Assembly (NCBI GenBank): GCA_963719515.1
Contig: CAVRCJ010000003.1
Coordinates: 512,001 to 576,000 of the forward strand
From: an uncultured cyanobacterium
GTDB taxonomy: Bacteria > Cyanobacteriota > Cyanobacteriia > CAKZMO01
Direction of reading: 5' to 3'
DNA length: 64,000 nt
In this document: positions 11,407-22,610 of the stretch, piece by piece
Layout of the letters: every line of letters starts with the position of its first letter
How positions within the stretch are numbered: the first letter of the stretch is position 1
The notes under the pieces: generated by a model
What the model was told of the DNA's origin: nothing
Database searches by the model: none
The model's input: the letters and a program-made list of their open reading frames with translations, nothing else
Position numbers and translations under genes: made by a program

Positions 11407-13038
11407 CTACTGCGGCTCGATGACGGGAGCGGCTGTGGCCGCAATGAGACCGTCGGGATGTTCTACTATCGCCACCTTATCTAAGGCAGGCCACAGCTGG
11501 GCCATCGGAGCCGTCTCCACCAGCGCCGGAACGGAGCTGCGCATAAGCTCAGTCAGCTGAATGGTTTTGGCGTCGTAGACCTGGGTCAAGATCTTAGGAT
11601 ATAGCCCGATGCCGATGATGGGCACCAGCAGAGAAGCAATGATAAATACCTCGCGGGGCTCAGCATCCACCAGCACCTCGTGGGAGGTCAGCTCTTTGTT
11701 CTCAGGTCCGTAGAAGATGTCCCGCAGCATTGTTAGCAGGTAGATGGGCGTCAGGATAACGCCGACAGCGGCCAGACAGACGATGATCACCCGGAAGGTG
11801 AGGCTGTAGGCGTCGCTAGTGGCAAAGCCCACGAATATCATCACCTCTGCCACAAAGCCGCTCATGCCGGGCAGCGCCAGCGACGCCAGCGAGCAGGTGG
11901 TGAACATGGCAAAGATGCGGGGCATCTTTTGACCAATACCGCCCATCTCCTTCAAAATCAGGGTGTGGGTGCGATCGTAGGTGGCCCCCACCAGGAAGAA
12001 CAGGCTGGCCCCGATGAGGCCGTGGGACACCATCTGCAGCACCGCGCCGCTGAGGGCTAGGTCGGTGAACGCTCCAATGCCGATGAGCACGAAGCCCATG
12101 TGAGAAATCGAAGAGTAGGCAATCTTGCGCTTCAGGTTGCCCTGGGCAAAAGACGTGAGGGCCGCGTAGATGATGTTGACCACGCCCAAAATAATCAGCA
12201 CTGGGGCGAAATAGGCGTGGGCATCGGGCAGCATCTCGATATTCATGCGGATCAAGGCGTAGCCCCCCATCTTCAGCAGGATGCCCGCCAGCAGCATATG
12301 CACCGGGGCCGTTGCCTCGCCGTGGGCATCGGGGAGCCAGGTATGCAGCGGAAAGATGGGCAGCTTGACGGCGTAGGCAATTAAGAATCCGGCATAGGCC
12401 AGCAGCTCAAACTTAAGCGGAAAATCCTTCTGCATCAGCGCCGTCATATCGAAGGTGACGGTGTCGCCGTAAAAAGCCATGGCCAGCGCCGCCACCAAGA
12501 TGAACAGCGAGCCACCTGCCGTGTAGAGGATGAACTTCGTGGCGGCGTACAGCCGCTTCTTGCCGCCCCAAATCGACAGCAGCAGATAGACCGGAATCAG
12601 CTCCAGCTCCCAAGCCAGGAAGAACAGCAGCAGATCCTGCACGGCAAATACCGCAATCTGCCCGCCGTACATCGCCAGCAGCAGAAAGAAGAACAGCCTC
12701 GGCTTCAGGGTCACCGGCCAAGAGGCTAGGGTAGCCAGCGTGGTGATAAAGCCGGTGAGCAGCACCAGCGGCATGGACAGTCCGTCCACCCCCACCGACC
12801 AGCTCAGCCCTAGCGCGGGCACCCAGTTATAGCGCTCCACCATCTGCAGCTCGGAGCTGCTGGGGTCATAGAAGTTATAAAACGCGTAGGCAATGATGCA
12901 AAAGTCGATCAGGCCAATGACTAGGGCATACCACCGGATGGTTTTGCCGTCTTTGTCGGGAATGAAGGGGATCAGCAAAGACGCCGCGATCGGAAAGAGA
13001 ATGATGGTCGATAGCCAGGGAAATTCAGCAGTAAGCAT
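11407..13038 (-). CDS. ndhD1: NAD(P)H-quinone oxidoreductase subunit 4 (NdhD1)
   Basis: [41 protein letters not shown]; downstream of ndhF1. Confidence 0.95.
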   Translation of the reverse strand: MLTAEFPWLSTIILFPIAASLLIPFIPDKDGKTIRWYALVIGLIDFCIIAYAFYNFYDPSSSELQMVERYNWVPALGLSWSVGVDGLSMPLVLLTGFITTLATLASWPVTLKPRLFFFLLLAMYGGQIAVFAVQDLLLFFLAWELELIPVYLLLSIWGGKKRLYAATKFILYTAGGSLFILVAALAMAFYGDTVTFDMTALMQKDFPLKFELLAYAGFLIAYAVKLPIFPLHTWLPDAHGEATAPVHMLLAGILLKMGGYALIRMNIEMLPDAHAYFAPVLIILGVVNIIYAALTSFAQGNLKRKIAYSSISHMGFVLIGIGAFTDLALSGAVLQMVSHGLIGASLFFLVGATYDRTHTLILKEMGGIGQKMPRIFAMFTTCSLASLALPGMSGFVAEVMIFVGFATSDAYSLTFRVIIVCLAAVGVILTPIYLLTMLRDIFYGPENKELTSHEVLVDAEPREVFIIASLLVPIIGIGLYPKILTQVYDAKTIQLTELMRSSVPALVETAPMAQLWPALDKVAIVEHPDGLIAATAAPVIEPQ

Positions 13039-13217
13039 TACGGTTTCTGCAAAAGTATTTGCAAGATGCAGTGTGGGCAAAACGTAATAGTAATAGGCAA
13101 GTCTGGCGGTGGCCTATGGCCGGTCCTTTGGACCATCGCGTCAGTCCGGGGCACCCGCTGGGAAGGTCAATGGCTGACGCTCCCCAGCCAGGCCGTCATA
13201 GCGCTTGTTAGCGCTTG

Positions 13218-15305
13218 TTATGTAACACCCGAGATGAGTACCAGACCCAGCACTGCGCCAAAGATGATCAGCGCATAGAACTGTGCCCGTCCATTTTCGA
13301 TGTACTTCAGACCTTCGCCTGTGACCAGGGTAACGAAACCGGCAAGGTTGACCACCCCATCGACGATGCGAATGTCGACTTCGAGCACCTGCTTAGCCAG
13401 GCGAATCACGCCCTGGACAAAGACGGTGTTGTAGATTTCGTCGATGTACCACTTGTTGAGGCTGAGCTTGTAGAGGGGGCGAATCTTGCTGGCGATCGCA
13501 TCCGGGTTGATCTTGTGCTGCCGGTACATCAGCGATGCCAGGGTAATGCCGATCAGGGCAATGCCCACCGAGTTACCCGCCATGATTAAGAACTCGCTCA
13601 GCTCAAACTCGGCGTGCTCTAGAGCCGCTTCGCCGGGGGCGTGGATAAACGCCTCAAAGTAGTTGGCAAACGGCGTCCCCACCAGACCGATTAGCATGGC
13701 GGGAATCGCTAGGGCCATCAGCGGGAAGGTCATGGTAAAAGGCGACTCGTGGGGTACCTCGCTGTGCCCACCGTGGTCGTCATGTCCATCATGGGCATTA
13801 TGGGCTTCTCCCTCATGGGCTCCCATCGCCACTAGCTCCTGCGGGTCCATGGCGCCGGGGCCAAAGGCCAACCCCATGCGCTGCAGCTTCTCGCGGTTGA
13901 GCAGCTGACGAATGCCCTCATCCTGACCGCGAAACTCCCCTTCAAAGGTCATGAAATACATGCGGAACATGTAGAAGGCGGTCGCGCCAGCGGTCAGCCA
14001 GCCGATGCCCCAGAGGATGGGGCTCACGGCAAAAGTAGAGCCCAAGATCTCGTCTTTGGACCAAAAGCCCGCAAACGGCGGAATGCCGGAGATTGCCAGG
14101 GTGCCGATCAAAAAGGTGATTGCCGTGATGGGCATGTAGCGGCGCAGACCGCCCATCAGCCGCATATCTTGGGCCAGAGCGGGGTCGTGACCGACGACGT
14201 CCTCCATGCCGTGAATCACCGAACCCGACCCCAGGAACAGCATCGCTTTGAAGTAGGCGTGGGTCATCAGGTGAAACAGGCCGGCGGTGTAAGCGCCGAC
14301 GCCCATGGCCATTACCATGTAGCCCAGCTGAGACATCGTGGAGTAGGCCAGACCTTTTTTAATGTCGTTTTGGGTCATGGCGATGCTGGCCCCCAAGAAC
14401 GCGGTGAGCGCGCCCGTCCAGGCGATGATAGACATCGCGTCGGGCAGGGCCTCGAACATGGGGAACATGCGGGCAATGAGGAACACCCCTGCCGCCACCA
14501 TGGTTGCCGCGTGAATTAGGGCGGAGATGGGCGTGGGGCCCTCCATGGCGTCGGGAAGCCACACATGTAGCGGAAACTGAGCTGACTTGGCCACGGGGCC
14601 GAGGAACACCAGCACCGCAAAAAAGCCCGCCAGCGCAGGCGCTAACGCGCCGCTGGCCACCAGCTCCTGAAGGCGCTCGCCCACGACGTTGAACTCGAAG
14701 CTGCCGGTGGCCCAGTAGAGTGCCAGAATACCGAGCAAGAGACCAAAGTCCCCGACTCGGTTGGTGATAAAGGCTTTTTGGCAGGCGTCAGCCGCTGCCT
14801 TGCGGTCGTACCAGAAGCCAATCAGCAGGTAGGAACACATGCCCACCAGCTCCCAGAAGATATAGACCTGCACCAGGTTGGGGCTGATGATCAGGCCCAG
14901 CATGGAGGAGCTAAACAAGCTCAGGTAGGCATAGAAGCGCACATAGCCTGGATCGTGGGCCATGTAGCCATCGGTGTATATCATTACCAAAAACGCCACC
15001 GTGGTGACAACCACTAGCATCAGCGCCGTTAGGTGGTCGATGACATAACCCATCGTTAGGCGAAAATCTCCAGCCGAGGCCCATTCGATGAGGTACTCGT
15101 AGGAGGCGTGCCCCTGAATTTGGCTGTAGAGAATCGCAAACGACAGCACCATGGCTGTTCCGGTTAGCGACACGATAAAAGTGGAGGATAGGCTGCGAAG
15201 CTTTGCAACAGAGTCTCCATAGGAGAGCAAACCAATGCCCAGCACCATCGCGCCAAAGAGCGGAAGCACTGGAATTATCCAGGCGTATTCATATATCAAA
15301 TCCAT
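13218..15305 (-). CDS. ndhF1: NAD(P)H-quinone oxidoreductase subunit 5 (NdhF1)
   Basis: YEYAWIIPVLPL, KSAQFPLHVWLPDAMEGPTPISALIHAATMV. Confidence 0.96.
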   Translation of the reverse strand: MDLIYEYAWIIPVLPLFGAMVLGIGLLSYGDSVAKLRSLSSTFIVSLTGTAMVLSFAILYSQIQGHASYEYLIEWASAGDFRLTMGYVIDHLTALMLVVVTTVAFLVMIYTDGYMAHDPGYVRFYAYLSLFSSSMLGLIISPNLVQVYIFWELVGMCSYLLIGFWYDRKAAADACQKAFITNRVGDFGLLLGILALYWATGSFEFNVVGERLQELVASGALAPALAGFFAVLVFLGPVAKSAQFPLHVWLPDAMEGPTPISALIHAATMVAAGVFLIARMFPMFEALPDAMSIIAWTGALTAFLGASIAMTQNDIKKGLAYSTMSQLGYMVMAMGVGAYTAGLFHLMTHAYFKAMLFLGSGSVIHGMEDVVGHDPALAQDMRLMGGLRRYMPITAITFLIGTLAISGIPPFAGFWSKDEILGSTFAVSPILWGIGWLTAGATAFYMFRMYFMTFEGEFRGQDEGIRQLLNREKLQRMGLAFGPGAMDPQELVAMGAHEGEAHNAHDGHDDHGGHSEVPHESPFTMTFPLMALAIPAMLIGLVGTPFANYFEAFIHAPGEAALEHAEFELSEFLIMAGNSVGIALIGITLASLMYRQHKINPDAIASKIRPLYKLSLNKWYIDEIYNTVFVQGVIRLAKQVLEVDIRIVDGVVNLAGFVTLVTGEGLKYIENGRAQFYALIIFGAVLGLVLISGVT

Positions 15306-15879
15306 AGCTGATGCCTACTTCATACTTCTTTATGTAATTTGGCAAAACCGCTTACATTCTGACACACTCTTCGCCCGTGCGATAAGGCCCTCCCGGAGCT
15401 ATTGGCGTCAAGCTTAGCTCAGCCAGGGCGCATTCGCTTTCCACAGCACACCCGTACTTCACAATGGCTTATGGACTTCCCGCCAATTGTGAAATGATTC
15501 TAAGGGTTTTACCAAAGCCGATTGCCGTGAGCTAGCTTTGACAGAATGCGATAGGGTCAGGTCTAATCACTGACGCTCTGTGATGGGTTTTGCCAGTTTG
15601 GCTCCCTGCTCGCCGCCAAGTTTGGGCGATCGCCCAAAGCGCGACTAAACGCGAGTCGACTACTGAAATGATGTCTCAGATTTTTGGGAATACCGCATGT
15701 TTAATTCAGCCTCGTCAGCGTCAACGCTTAAAGAGACCTACTGGTGGATGCTGCGCCTGTTCATGATGCAGGGCGCTCTGCTCTCTCTGGGCCTGCTTGC
15801 CATTTTGCGGGTGCTGTAGCGTTTGGCCGCAGCGCTTGGCCGCAGAGATTTACAGGTCTTACAGAAGTAGTAATAGGTT

Positions 15880-16185
15880 TCACAGCTCAATGCCCTCTTT
15901 CCGCTGGCGGTGCTGCGCGATCGCCCGCCGAAACCCCAAAACCACCAAAATATTTGTCAGCGTCAGAAAAACCTCCGCCCCGCCGTGTAGCCAGTCCACG
16001 TTGGCCAGCTCTTCTCCGTAAGCTGATTTAGCGTATAGCCCTGCGGGAATCGTGACGGCAACAAACACCAGCGTTCCATAGAACCCCGCTAGCGCTAAAG
16101 GGGGCGTTTTGCCGGAGCGGGTCAAAAACCACAGAAACCCGAGGTAGGGGAACAGCGATAGCGCGAACAGGGTTTCTTTAGACAT
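15880..16185 (-). CDS. DUF3593 membrane protein
   Basis: LFALSLFPYLGFLWFL...LANVDWLHGGAE; usual partner of DUF2499. Confidence 0.85.
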   Translation of the reverse strand: MSKETLFALSLFPYLGFLWFLTRSGKTPPLALAGFYGTLVFVAVTIPAGLYAKSAYGEELANVDWLHGGAEVFLTLTNILVVLGFRRAIAQHRQRKEGIEL

Positions 16186-16273
16186 TCTTTTCTCCGCATA
16201 TTTCCGTGGACTGCTAAACGTGGGCTGGTGACATCCTCCCGACGCTGATGCTACGCATACAGCGCGGGCTTCC

Positions 16274-17471
16274 TCAGTGACTCCCAGCTACCGCTGAGAC
16301 ATTCCCTGAGAGATTAAGGGCTTGATGTCCCACAGCCCTATTCAATAGGTTGATAGCCGCGTTGTGGTCGCGGCAGATCGTTAAGCCGCATGACGGGCAA
16401 CTATGGACCCGATCGGCCAGCGTCTTTTGTACCCGCTCACCACAACCCGAGCAATCAATGCTGGTTCCGCGTGGGTTCTCAGCGATGGTCATCTTTCCAG
16501 CTTTCGCGGCTTTGAAAGAGCCTATCTCCAAGAATGTACCCCATGCGGCATCAGCGATTGACTTTGCCAGTCTGGTTCGAGCAAGTCCTTTGATGTTGAG
16601 CTTTTCATGAGCGACAACATCGTACTTTGAAAACAGCCAATCCCACACCTTAGAAAAGAAATCACGACGCTGACGCGATATCTTTCAGATGCAGTTTGGC
16701 GATGCGATTTACCTGCTTACGCCAGCGGTTAGAGCCCTTCTTCTGTCTCGATAGCTGCCGCTGCAGCTTGGATAGCTGCCGCTCTGAGCGTCGAAAGAAC
16801 TGAGGGATAGGAACGCTCTCACCGTCACTGGTAACCAAGAAATCCTTCAGCCCAACGTCAACACCGACAGACTTAGCCCTATCGACATCCGGAGTAAGCA
16901 TCGGAACGGCATTGTTTTCCAGTAACAGGCTCACATACCAACCATCTGCTTTGCGAGTCACCTTGGCCGTTTTGACAGTAAACCCATCAGGTATCGGGCG
17001 ATGAAGGATTAGCTTCACCTGACCAATCTTAGGCAGGGTAATACGACTTCCATCGATGCAGTCAGGTTTCATCTGCGGGAACGTGAACGTCCTGTAGCGC
17101 CCCGCGCCTTTGAACCGAGGCTTGCCGCTACGCTTACCATTCCTATCACCTTTGATGAAACGCTCGAACGTCTGCTTTACCTGCTTCGTCACCTCCTGAA
17201 GCGCTTGTGAGTGCAAATCTTTGTACCAGGGTCGCTCTCGCTTGAGAGGTACTAGGCTAGCCTTCTGGCTGTAGTAATTAGGATTATCTTTGAGTGGCGC
17301 AAGGCTACAGGTGAGTGGGCAGGCGTTGACCGAACAGCGGTTCATCTCCCACCAGTCGAAGCGCTCAGCCAGCAACCAGTTGTACTGTGCCCGAAGCATA
17401 TCTAGCCATCGGGTCATGGTAACCGTTTGCTCAGCCGCTGGACGCAACTTGTACTGATAAGTGACTTTCAT
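16274..17471 (-). pseudogene. tnpB: TnpB RNA-guided endonuclease with a +1 frameshift near 16684
   Basis: MKVTYQYKLRP HTH, VGVDVG / VAHEKL / RDHNAAIN RuvC motifs, CSGC..CPSC; removing one A from CTGAAAGATA restores LKISRQRRDF. Confidence 0.9.
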
Positions 17472-17504
17472 GCAATAATGATAGCATATTGACATCAGAA
17501 CGAC

Positions 17505-17687
17505 ATGCAGCAAATAACTATTAGAGCCGCTGACAGAGAAAAGCAGCATCTTGACAAGTATTGTGAGATGACCGAAAGAACTATCAACGATGTCCTTAGG
17601 GAGTACATCCGAAGTTTGGCCGTCTCCGGGGTATTGAGCCCCATCGACGACCGCGACTCTCATCCCGACGCTCACCCTGACGGGTAG
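17505..17687 (+). CDS. Small ribbon-helix-helix (CopG-like) protein inside the IS, divergent from tnpB
   Basis: MQQITIRA...EKQHLDKYCEMTERTINDVLREYIRSL, a beta-helix-helix pattern. Confidence 0.7.
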   Translation: MQQITIRAADREKQHLDKYCEMTERTINDVLREYIRSLAVSGVLSPIDDRDSHPDAHPDG

Positions 17688-17734
17688 AGCGCGGGGCTTC
17701 CTGTCTAGTAGCTAAACCTAGAGCAACCTTGACG

Positions 17735-18037
17735 CTAGGTTTTGGGCTGGGGCGATCGCCAGATCCACCAGGCGGCTACGCAAAGCGTGACGTTGCCCAA
17801 AACCGTCATGGCCGCCTGCAGGGTGACCAGCCAGCCTAAGCTGGGGGGATTGTCGAAAAAGTGCCAGGTACAGGCGCACATGGCGCTCACGAAGGCGGGC
17901 AGCATGGCCACAGACAGCGCCCGCCAAGAGCGATCGCCGCTGACGTCGCCGTAGGCCCAGATGAGGGCGATCGCTGCTGCCCATTCGATAACGCTAGAGA
18001 TATGGATAATCCAGGTGGGAATAGAGAGGGCGTGCAT
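17735..18037 (-). CDS. DUF2499 / Ycf49-like membrane protein
   Basis: [19 protein letters not shown]...[11 protein letters not shown]. Confidence 0.88.
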   Translation of the reverse strand: MHALSIPTWIIHISSVIEWAAAIALIWAYGDVSGDRSWRALSVAMLPAFVSAMCACTWHFFDNPPSLGWLVTLQAAMTVLGNVTLCVAAWWIWRSPQPKT

Positions 18038-18117
18038 GGGGATTGTGGGTGACTGTAGCCGCGTGGAGGCCTAACCTGCTCTATTGTAAATGGGTACGTT
18101 GTCTCGGATAGCGCTAA

Positions 18118-19155
18118 ATGCGGACAATTTTGTGCGGCTACTATGGCATGGGCAACGGAGGCGACGAGGCTCTTCTGGCGACAGCGCTGCAGATGCTGCC
18201 CTCCAACGCCACCCCCATAGTGCTGTCCGGGCAGCCCCAGCTTACCCAACAGCAATATTCCGTCGAGGCGGTGCCGCGTAAGTCCCCTACGGCGGTGCTG
18301 GGGTCGATGCGGCGAGCCGACGCTTTTGTCTGGGGCGGCGGTAGCCTGATGCAGGATGCCACCAGTCGCCTAAATCCGCTTTACTACGGCGGGCTGATGG
18401 GGCTGGCTCAGCAGTTTGGACTCAAAACCGTGGCCTGGGCCCAAGGTATCGGTCCCCTCAACCAAGAGCTCACCCGGCGCGTCGCCCGGCAGGCCTATCG
18501 CCAGTGCCACGCCGTCAGCGTGCGGGATCAAGGCTCAGCCCAGCAGCTGGCCGCCTGGAACGTTCCTGGCATTTTGGCCCCCGATCCCGTCTGGGCTCTC
18601 GAAGGAAAGTCCCTGGCTGGACTGTGGGAACTGCCCGCTCCAAGAATTGCGGTCACCCTCAGAACCCATCCGGATTTGACCCCGCAGCGGCTGTCAGTTA
18701 TGACGGATGCCCTGTCAATGCTGCAGGCCGCAACGGGCGCATGCTTGCTGATTGTTCCTTTTCAACTGCCCCAAGATTTGGCCCTGGCCCAGGCGGTCCA
18801 GGCGCGTCTACCCAAAAGCCATCTGCTTCAAATTCAAGATCCCCGTCAGCTCGCAGGTGTCTTTAAAGGGGTGGAAATGGCGATCGCCATGCGGCTACAC
18901 GGTCTGATTATGGCAGCGGCGGCGGAATGCCGTACCTTTGCCATTAGCTACGATCCCAAAATCGACCAGCTGATGCAGACACTTTCCATACCGGGCTGGC
19001 GACTCGACCAGATGCCGCTTGACGCCGCTAAAATTAGCCAAGCTTGGCTAGAGCAGTTCGTCAATGGCGATGCCCTGTCTCTAGACCAAATTCAGTCCCT
19101 ACGCGATCGCGCTCTGATGCATCAAGACGTGCTGCATGAGGCGCTGACGTCTTAA
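18118..19155 (+). CDS. csaB: Polysaccharide pyruvyl transferase
   Basis: CGYYGMGNGGDEALL, GGGSLMQDATS, MRLHGLI, SYDPK. Confidence 0.92.
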   Translation: MRTILCGYYGMGNGGDEALLATALQMLPSNATPIVLSGQPQLTQQQYSVEAVPRKSPTAVLGSMRRADAFVWGGGSLMQDATSRLNPLYYGGLMGLAQQFGLKTVAWAQGIGPLNQELTRRVARQAYRQCHAVSVRDQGSAQQLAAWNVPGILAPDPVWALEGKSLAGLWELPAPRIAVTLRTHPDLTPQRLSVMTDALSMLQAATGACLLIVPFQLPQDLALAQAVQARLPKSHLLQIQDPRQLAGVFKGVEMAIAMRLHGLIMAAAAECRTFAISYDPKIDQLMQTLSIPGWRLDQMPLDAAKISQAWLEQFVNGDALSLDQIQSLRDRALMHQDVLHEALTS

Positions 19156-19207
19156 GAGGAACACAGTTCGGTATGATGGGGGGAGCCAATTTTTGCATTG
19201 AGATACT

Positions 19208-19324
19208 ATGCTGACCTTAAAAATCGTTGTATACGTCGTCGTCTCCTTCTTCGTCGGGATCTTTATTTTCGGATTCTTGTCCAACGATCCCGCCCGCAAC
19301 CCCAACCGCCGCGACTTCGAATAA
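19208..19324 (+). CDS. psbI: Photosystem II protein I (missed by the ORF track)
   Basis: [38 protein letters not shown]. Confidence 0.97.
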   Translation: MLTLKIVVYVVVSFFVGIFIFGFLSNDPARNPNRRDFE

Positions 19325-19553
19325 GCCTCTAGTCGCGATTTCACGAGCGCTTGAGTTATAGGCACTCGGCCACAGCACCTGAGCTATAGGCTGAGTGGGC
19401 ACGTCAGTGCCATTCCGTCCCCTTATGCTTACGCTGACTTGGGGACGTTTTCTTAGCGAGTCGTCAATCGGTGATGCAGCGCTGTAGCGTAGCGACTGAG
19501 GTATTGACCCTGCGGACCAGTCGGGCTTTGTTTTTGGTGTGAGTTGTTAGTCT

Positions 19554-22500
19554 ATGCCCTATCCAGTGCCGCCACCGCCACCGCTCGTTCATGTGGCAGC
19601 AGTGTCTTATGTCGATGCTCTGCCTCGGCCCGAAAACCTGATTGCTGAGGCAGAGCGTCAGGTTCTCTTGCCAGAGCCGATGTCCGCTAGGCCCTTGGCG
19701 TCATTGAGCCCGTCTCTACTATCCAGCACTGCAGGGCCCAGCTCTGCAGTGCCCAGGCCTGTAGCGCCAGAGTCTACGGTGCCAGGACTCACACCGCCAG
19801 GGCTTACACCGTCAGGACTCACAGCGCCAGAACTCACAGCGCCAGGACTCACAGCGCCAGGACTCACAGCGCCAGGACTCACAGCGTCAGGACTCACAGC
19901 GCCACAGCCTACAGCGCCCGTCCTGCCGGATCTAATAGCGCAATCGGCGAGGGCGCAATCGGTACTATTACCCACGTCAGCATCGACGCCCGACGAGCCT
20001 GGGATACCGCTCAACGTCTATCCCACCGCTTCTGCTGGCGACGCCGATGGCGAAACGGTCGACCCCAGCAGCCTCGGCCCGGCGGTGGAAGTTGGCCTTC
20101 CGTCGGGCGGCTCCCTGCCGGGATCTCACCTCGGCAACCTGCAGCGGGACTACGGCCTTAATGAGGCGACAGCGCTCCAGCTCGAGTCTGATGTAGTGTC
20201 ACGTCTGGAGTCTGACGAAGCGGCATACGAAAAGACGGCGGTATTGCTGCACGATAGCCGAGACATTTTGGGCGAGCTAGTGGACTGGGTGGCCCAGCAG
20301 TCTCAAGAGATTATCCCCGGCGAACTTCAGGCTCCCCTGCCGAGCTCGACCAATCGGCCAAACGCCGCGCCAGAGACCAACGCCATTCCTCTAGAAGACC
20401 TCGATCTAGGCCCTTCTGACGAGGCTGCTCCAGAGGAGACGGCGGCTGTCGGTGCCCTAGAGGTGATCGCCGATCGCCAAATCTACGATCAGCGGCAGCA
20501 GGCGTTCATTGCTGAGGGGAACGTTGCCCTATTGGTCAGAGGCTCGATCCTCACTGCAGATGAGGTGCGGGTCAATTTACCCAATCAAATCGCTATTGCC
20601 ACCGGAGACGTGGTGTTCACCCGGGGCGACCAGGTGCTGCGAGGCGATCGCATCGAATATAATTTTGTGCGGGAAGAAGGGGCCGTGCTGGATGCCCGAG
20701 GCGAGGTGTTTATTCCTCAAATTGCCGCAGACCTTTCCGGCGATCGCCCCATAGCGGGTCCCTCAACGGCCACGCCTCAGGCAGGCGTTGACGTCGGGGT
20801 TTCCCAAGAAGACATTCTTAGCCAGCGCCTCAGCCGCCAGCAGCCCGAGGTGCAGACGGCAACTTCCACTGGGGGCGTAACCGTCGGGGCCGGGATCTCT
20901 GGCGCTCGGGGAAGCTCCAACCAAGGGTCAGCCTCGGGAAGCGTCCGGCAGCTGCGGTTTGAGGCCGAGCGCATCGATTTTCGCCCCGGCGGCTGGGTCG
21001 CCTCTAACGTCCGGCTCACTAACGATCCCTTCTCCCCTCCAGAACTCGAAATTCGCACCAACCAGGCGACCTTTCAAAGGCTGTCTGCCACCCGCAGCGA
21101 GCTGCGGCTCAAAAATCCCCGCCTGGTCGTTGACCAAGGACTTGCCATCCCGCTGCTGCGATCGCGCTTTATCTTTGACGAGCGCCAGCGCAATCCACTG
21201 CCGATCCAGTTTGGTTTTGATGAAGAGGATCGAGATGGCCTGTTTGCAGAGCGACCGTTTGAGGTACTTGCCACTCCGGACATTCAGTTCACCGTCACGC
21301 CTCAGTTTTTTATTCAGCGAGCTTTTACGGGCCGTGACGCAGACGCCATTGAGCTGGGCGAAAACGATACTGGGGTGCTCAACCCTAACTCCTATGGTCT
21401 GACTTCGGAGTTAGACATTGCCTTTGACTCGCTGACCTCCTTAGAGGCAAACACCGTTCTTACCAGCCTAGACTTCGACCAAAACTTTGCCGACGAGGAC
21501 TTACGGGGGCTGGTGCGTCTGCGCCGCCGTACCCCCAGCGGGTACACCTTCACCGGAGAATACAACTACCGCGATCGCCTCTTCAACGGGACCTTAGGGT
21601 TCCAAACGGTAGACCAGTCCTTTGGCTTCATCGCCACCTCTCCCACGATTCGATTAGGCAACTCTGGCGTCGAGCTCACCTACCAGGGAGCCATTCAGCG
21701 GATCACAGACGACATTCGCTTTGAGCGGCGAGACGACCTTCTGGGGCCTATCCTCGAGCGGGAGGACAACAACACGACCTTGACCCGCTACCAGCTCGCG
21801 GCTGAGCTACAGCGCTTTTTTCTCCTATGGTCAGGTACCCCCCTTCCGGCAACGCCGGACCAAGGTCTGCGCTATACGCCAACGCCCGTAGTTCCTTTTA
21901 TTGGGTTCAGCCCTCGGGTGCGAGGGGTTGCAGGGGTCTATAGCAGCGGCGACACTCAGCCTATTCTGACTGGGCAGCTGTCGTTTTTTGGCCAGTTTGG
22001 CCACTTTTCTCGATCGGCCTTCGACTATCTAGGCTTTAATCTCACCTATCGCCGCAGCACTGAGGGGAGTGAATCTCCCTTCAACTTCGATCTGGTACGC
22101 GATCGGGAGGTGTTCTCAGGAGGATTGACGGCCCAGCTCATTGGCCCCTTCCGCGCCGGCTTTCAGACTTCGATCAGCCTCTCCCAAGACCGGGGTTTCG
22201 ATACCAGCTACTTTGTCGAATACAGTCGCCGCACCTTTGGCCTGGTTGCTCGGTTCAATCCCGATCGGGAAATCGGCTCTTTCAATCTGCGCATCAGCGA
22301 CTTTACCTGGGCTGGAACGCCGCGCCGCTTTGACGCTGAGCCCGTAGAGTACGACCCACAGCTTGTGGATCCTGACTCAGTAGATTTCCCTGCTGATAGG
22401 GTGATTGACGCTGAGTCCGATCCGGCTGAGCCAATCGACGCTGAGCTTGGAGAGGCTGAGCCCGTAACCGATGAGCCCGTAACCGATGAGCCCATAGATC

Positions 22501-22586
22501 TAGATCAACTGGATTTAGACTCACCGATTTTAAATCCATTAGAAGATGACCTCAACGAAAACTCAGCACCCCTATTTGAGCGCTAA
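19554..22586 (+). CDS. DUF3769 / LptD-like outer-membrane assembly protein
   Basis: MPYPVPPP start, ADRQIYD...AEGNV OstA-like domain, RLTNDPFSPPELE, C-terminal beta-barrel-like region. Confidence 0.82.
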   Translation: MPYPVPPPPPLVHVAAVSYVDALPRPENLIAEAERQVLLPEPMSARPLASLSPSLLSSTAGPSSAVPRPVAPESTVPGLTPPGLTPSGLTAPELTAPGLTAPGLTAPGLTASGLTAPQPTAPVLPDLIAQSARAQSVLLPTSASTPDEPGIPLNVYPTASAGDADGETVDPSSLGPAVEVGLPSGGSLPGSHLGNLQRDYGLNEATALQLESDVVSRLESDEAAYEKTAVLLHDSRDILGELVDWVAQQSQEIIPGELQAPLPSSTNRPNAAPETNAIPLEDLDLGPSDEAAPEETAAVGALEVIADRQIYDQRQQAFIAEGNVALLVRGSILTADEVRVNLPNQIAIATGDVVFTRGDQVLRGDRIEYNFVREEGAVLDARGEVFIPQIAADLSGDRPIAGPSTATPQAGVDVGVSQEDILSQRLSRQQPEVQTATSTGGVTVGAGISGARGSSNQGSASGSVRQLRFEAERIDFRPGGWVASNVRLTNDPFSPPELEIRTNQATFQRLSATRSELRLKNPRLVVDQGLAIPLLRSRFIFDERQRNPLPIQFGFDEEDRDGLFAERPFEVLATPDIQFTVTPQFFIQRAFTGRDADAIELGENDTGVLNPNSYGLTSELDIAFDSLTSLEANTVLTSLDFDQNFADEDLRGLVRLRRRTPSGYTFTGEYNYRDRLFNGTLGFQTVDQSFGFIATSPTIRLGNSGVELTYQGAIQRITDDIRFERRDDLLGPILEREDNNTTLTRYQLAAELQRFFLLWSGTPLPATPDQGLRYTPTPVVPFIGFSPRVRGVAGVYSSGDTQPILTGQLSFFGQFGHFSRSAFDYLGFNLTYRRSTEGSESPFNFDLVRDREVFSGGLTAQLIGPFRAGFQTSISLSQDRGFDTSYFVEYSRRTFGLVARFNPDREIGSFNLRISDFTWAGTPRRFDAEPVEYDPQLVDPDSVDFPADRVIDAESDPAEPIDAELGEAEPVTDEPVTDEPIDLDQLDLDSPILNPLEDDLNENSAPLFER
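19782..19916 (+). repeat. In-frame 15-bp tandem repeat x9 (PGLTA)
   Basis: CCAGGACTCACAGCG units. Confidence 0.9.
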
Positions 22587-22610
22587 CTGACTGCTCCCCA
22601 GCCCTAGGCC

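Larger units (their letters stand above)
16228..17710 (-). mobile_element. IS200/IS605-family TnpB-only element
   Basis: Subterminal GAAG-hairpins at both ends, right end ...GATGTCAC, left end preceded by TTTAGC; no HIP1 site seen inside; splits the DUF2499/DUF3593 pair. Confidence 0.88.

Noticed and set aside
17472..17675. 68-aa N-terminal extension of TnpB in the ORF track
   Set aside because: It is antisense to the RHH gene; TnpB homology starts at ATG 17471.
19782..19916. CRISPR array
   Set aside because: 15-bp units without spacers, in frame within a CDS; no cas genes. The same holds for 54218-54532, and 61653-61694 also lacks spacers.
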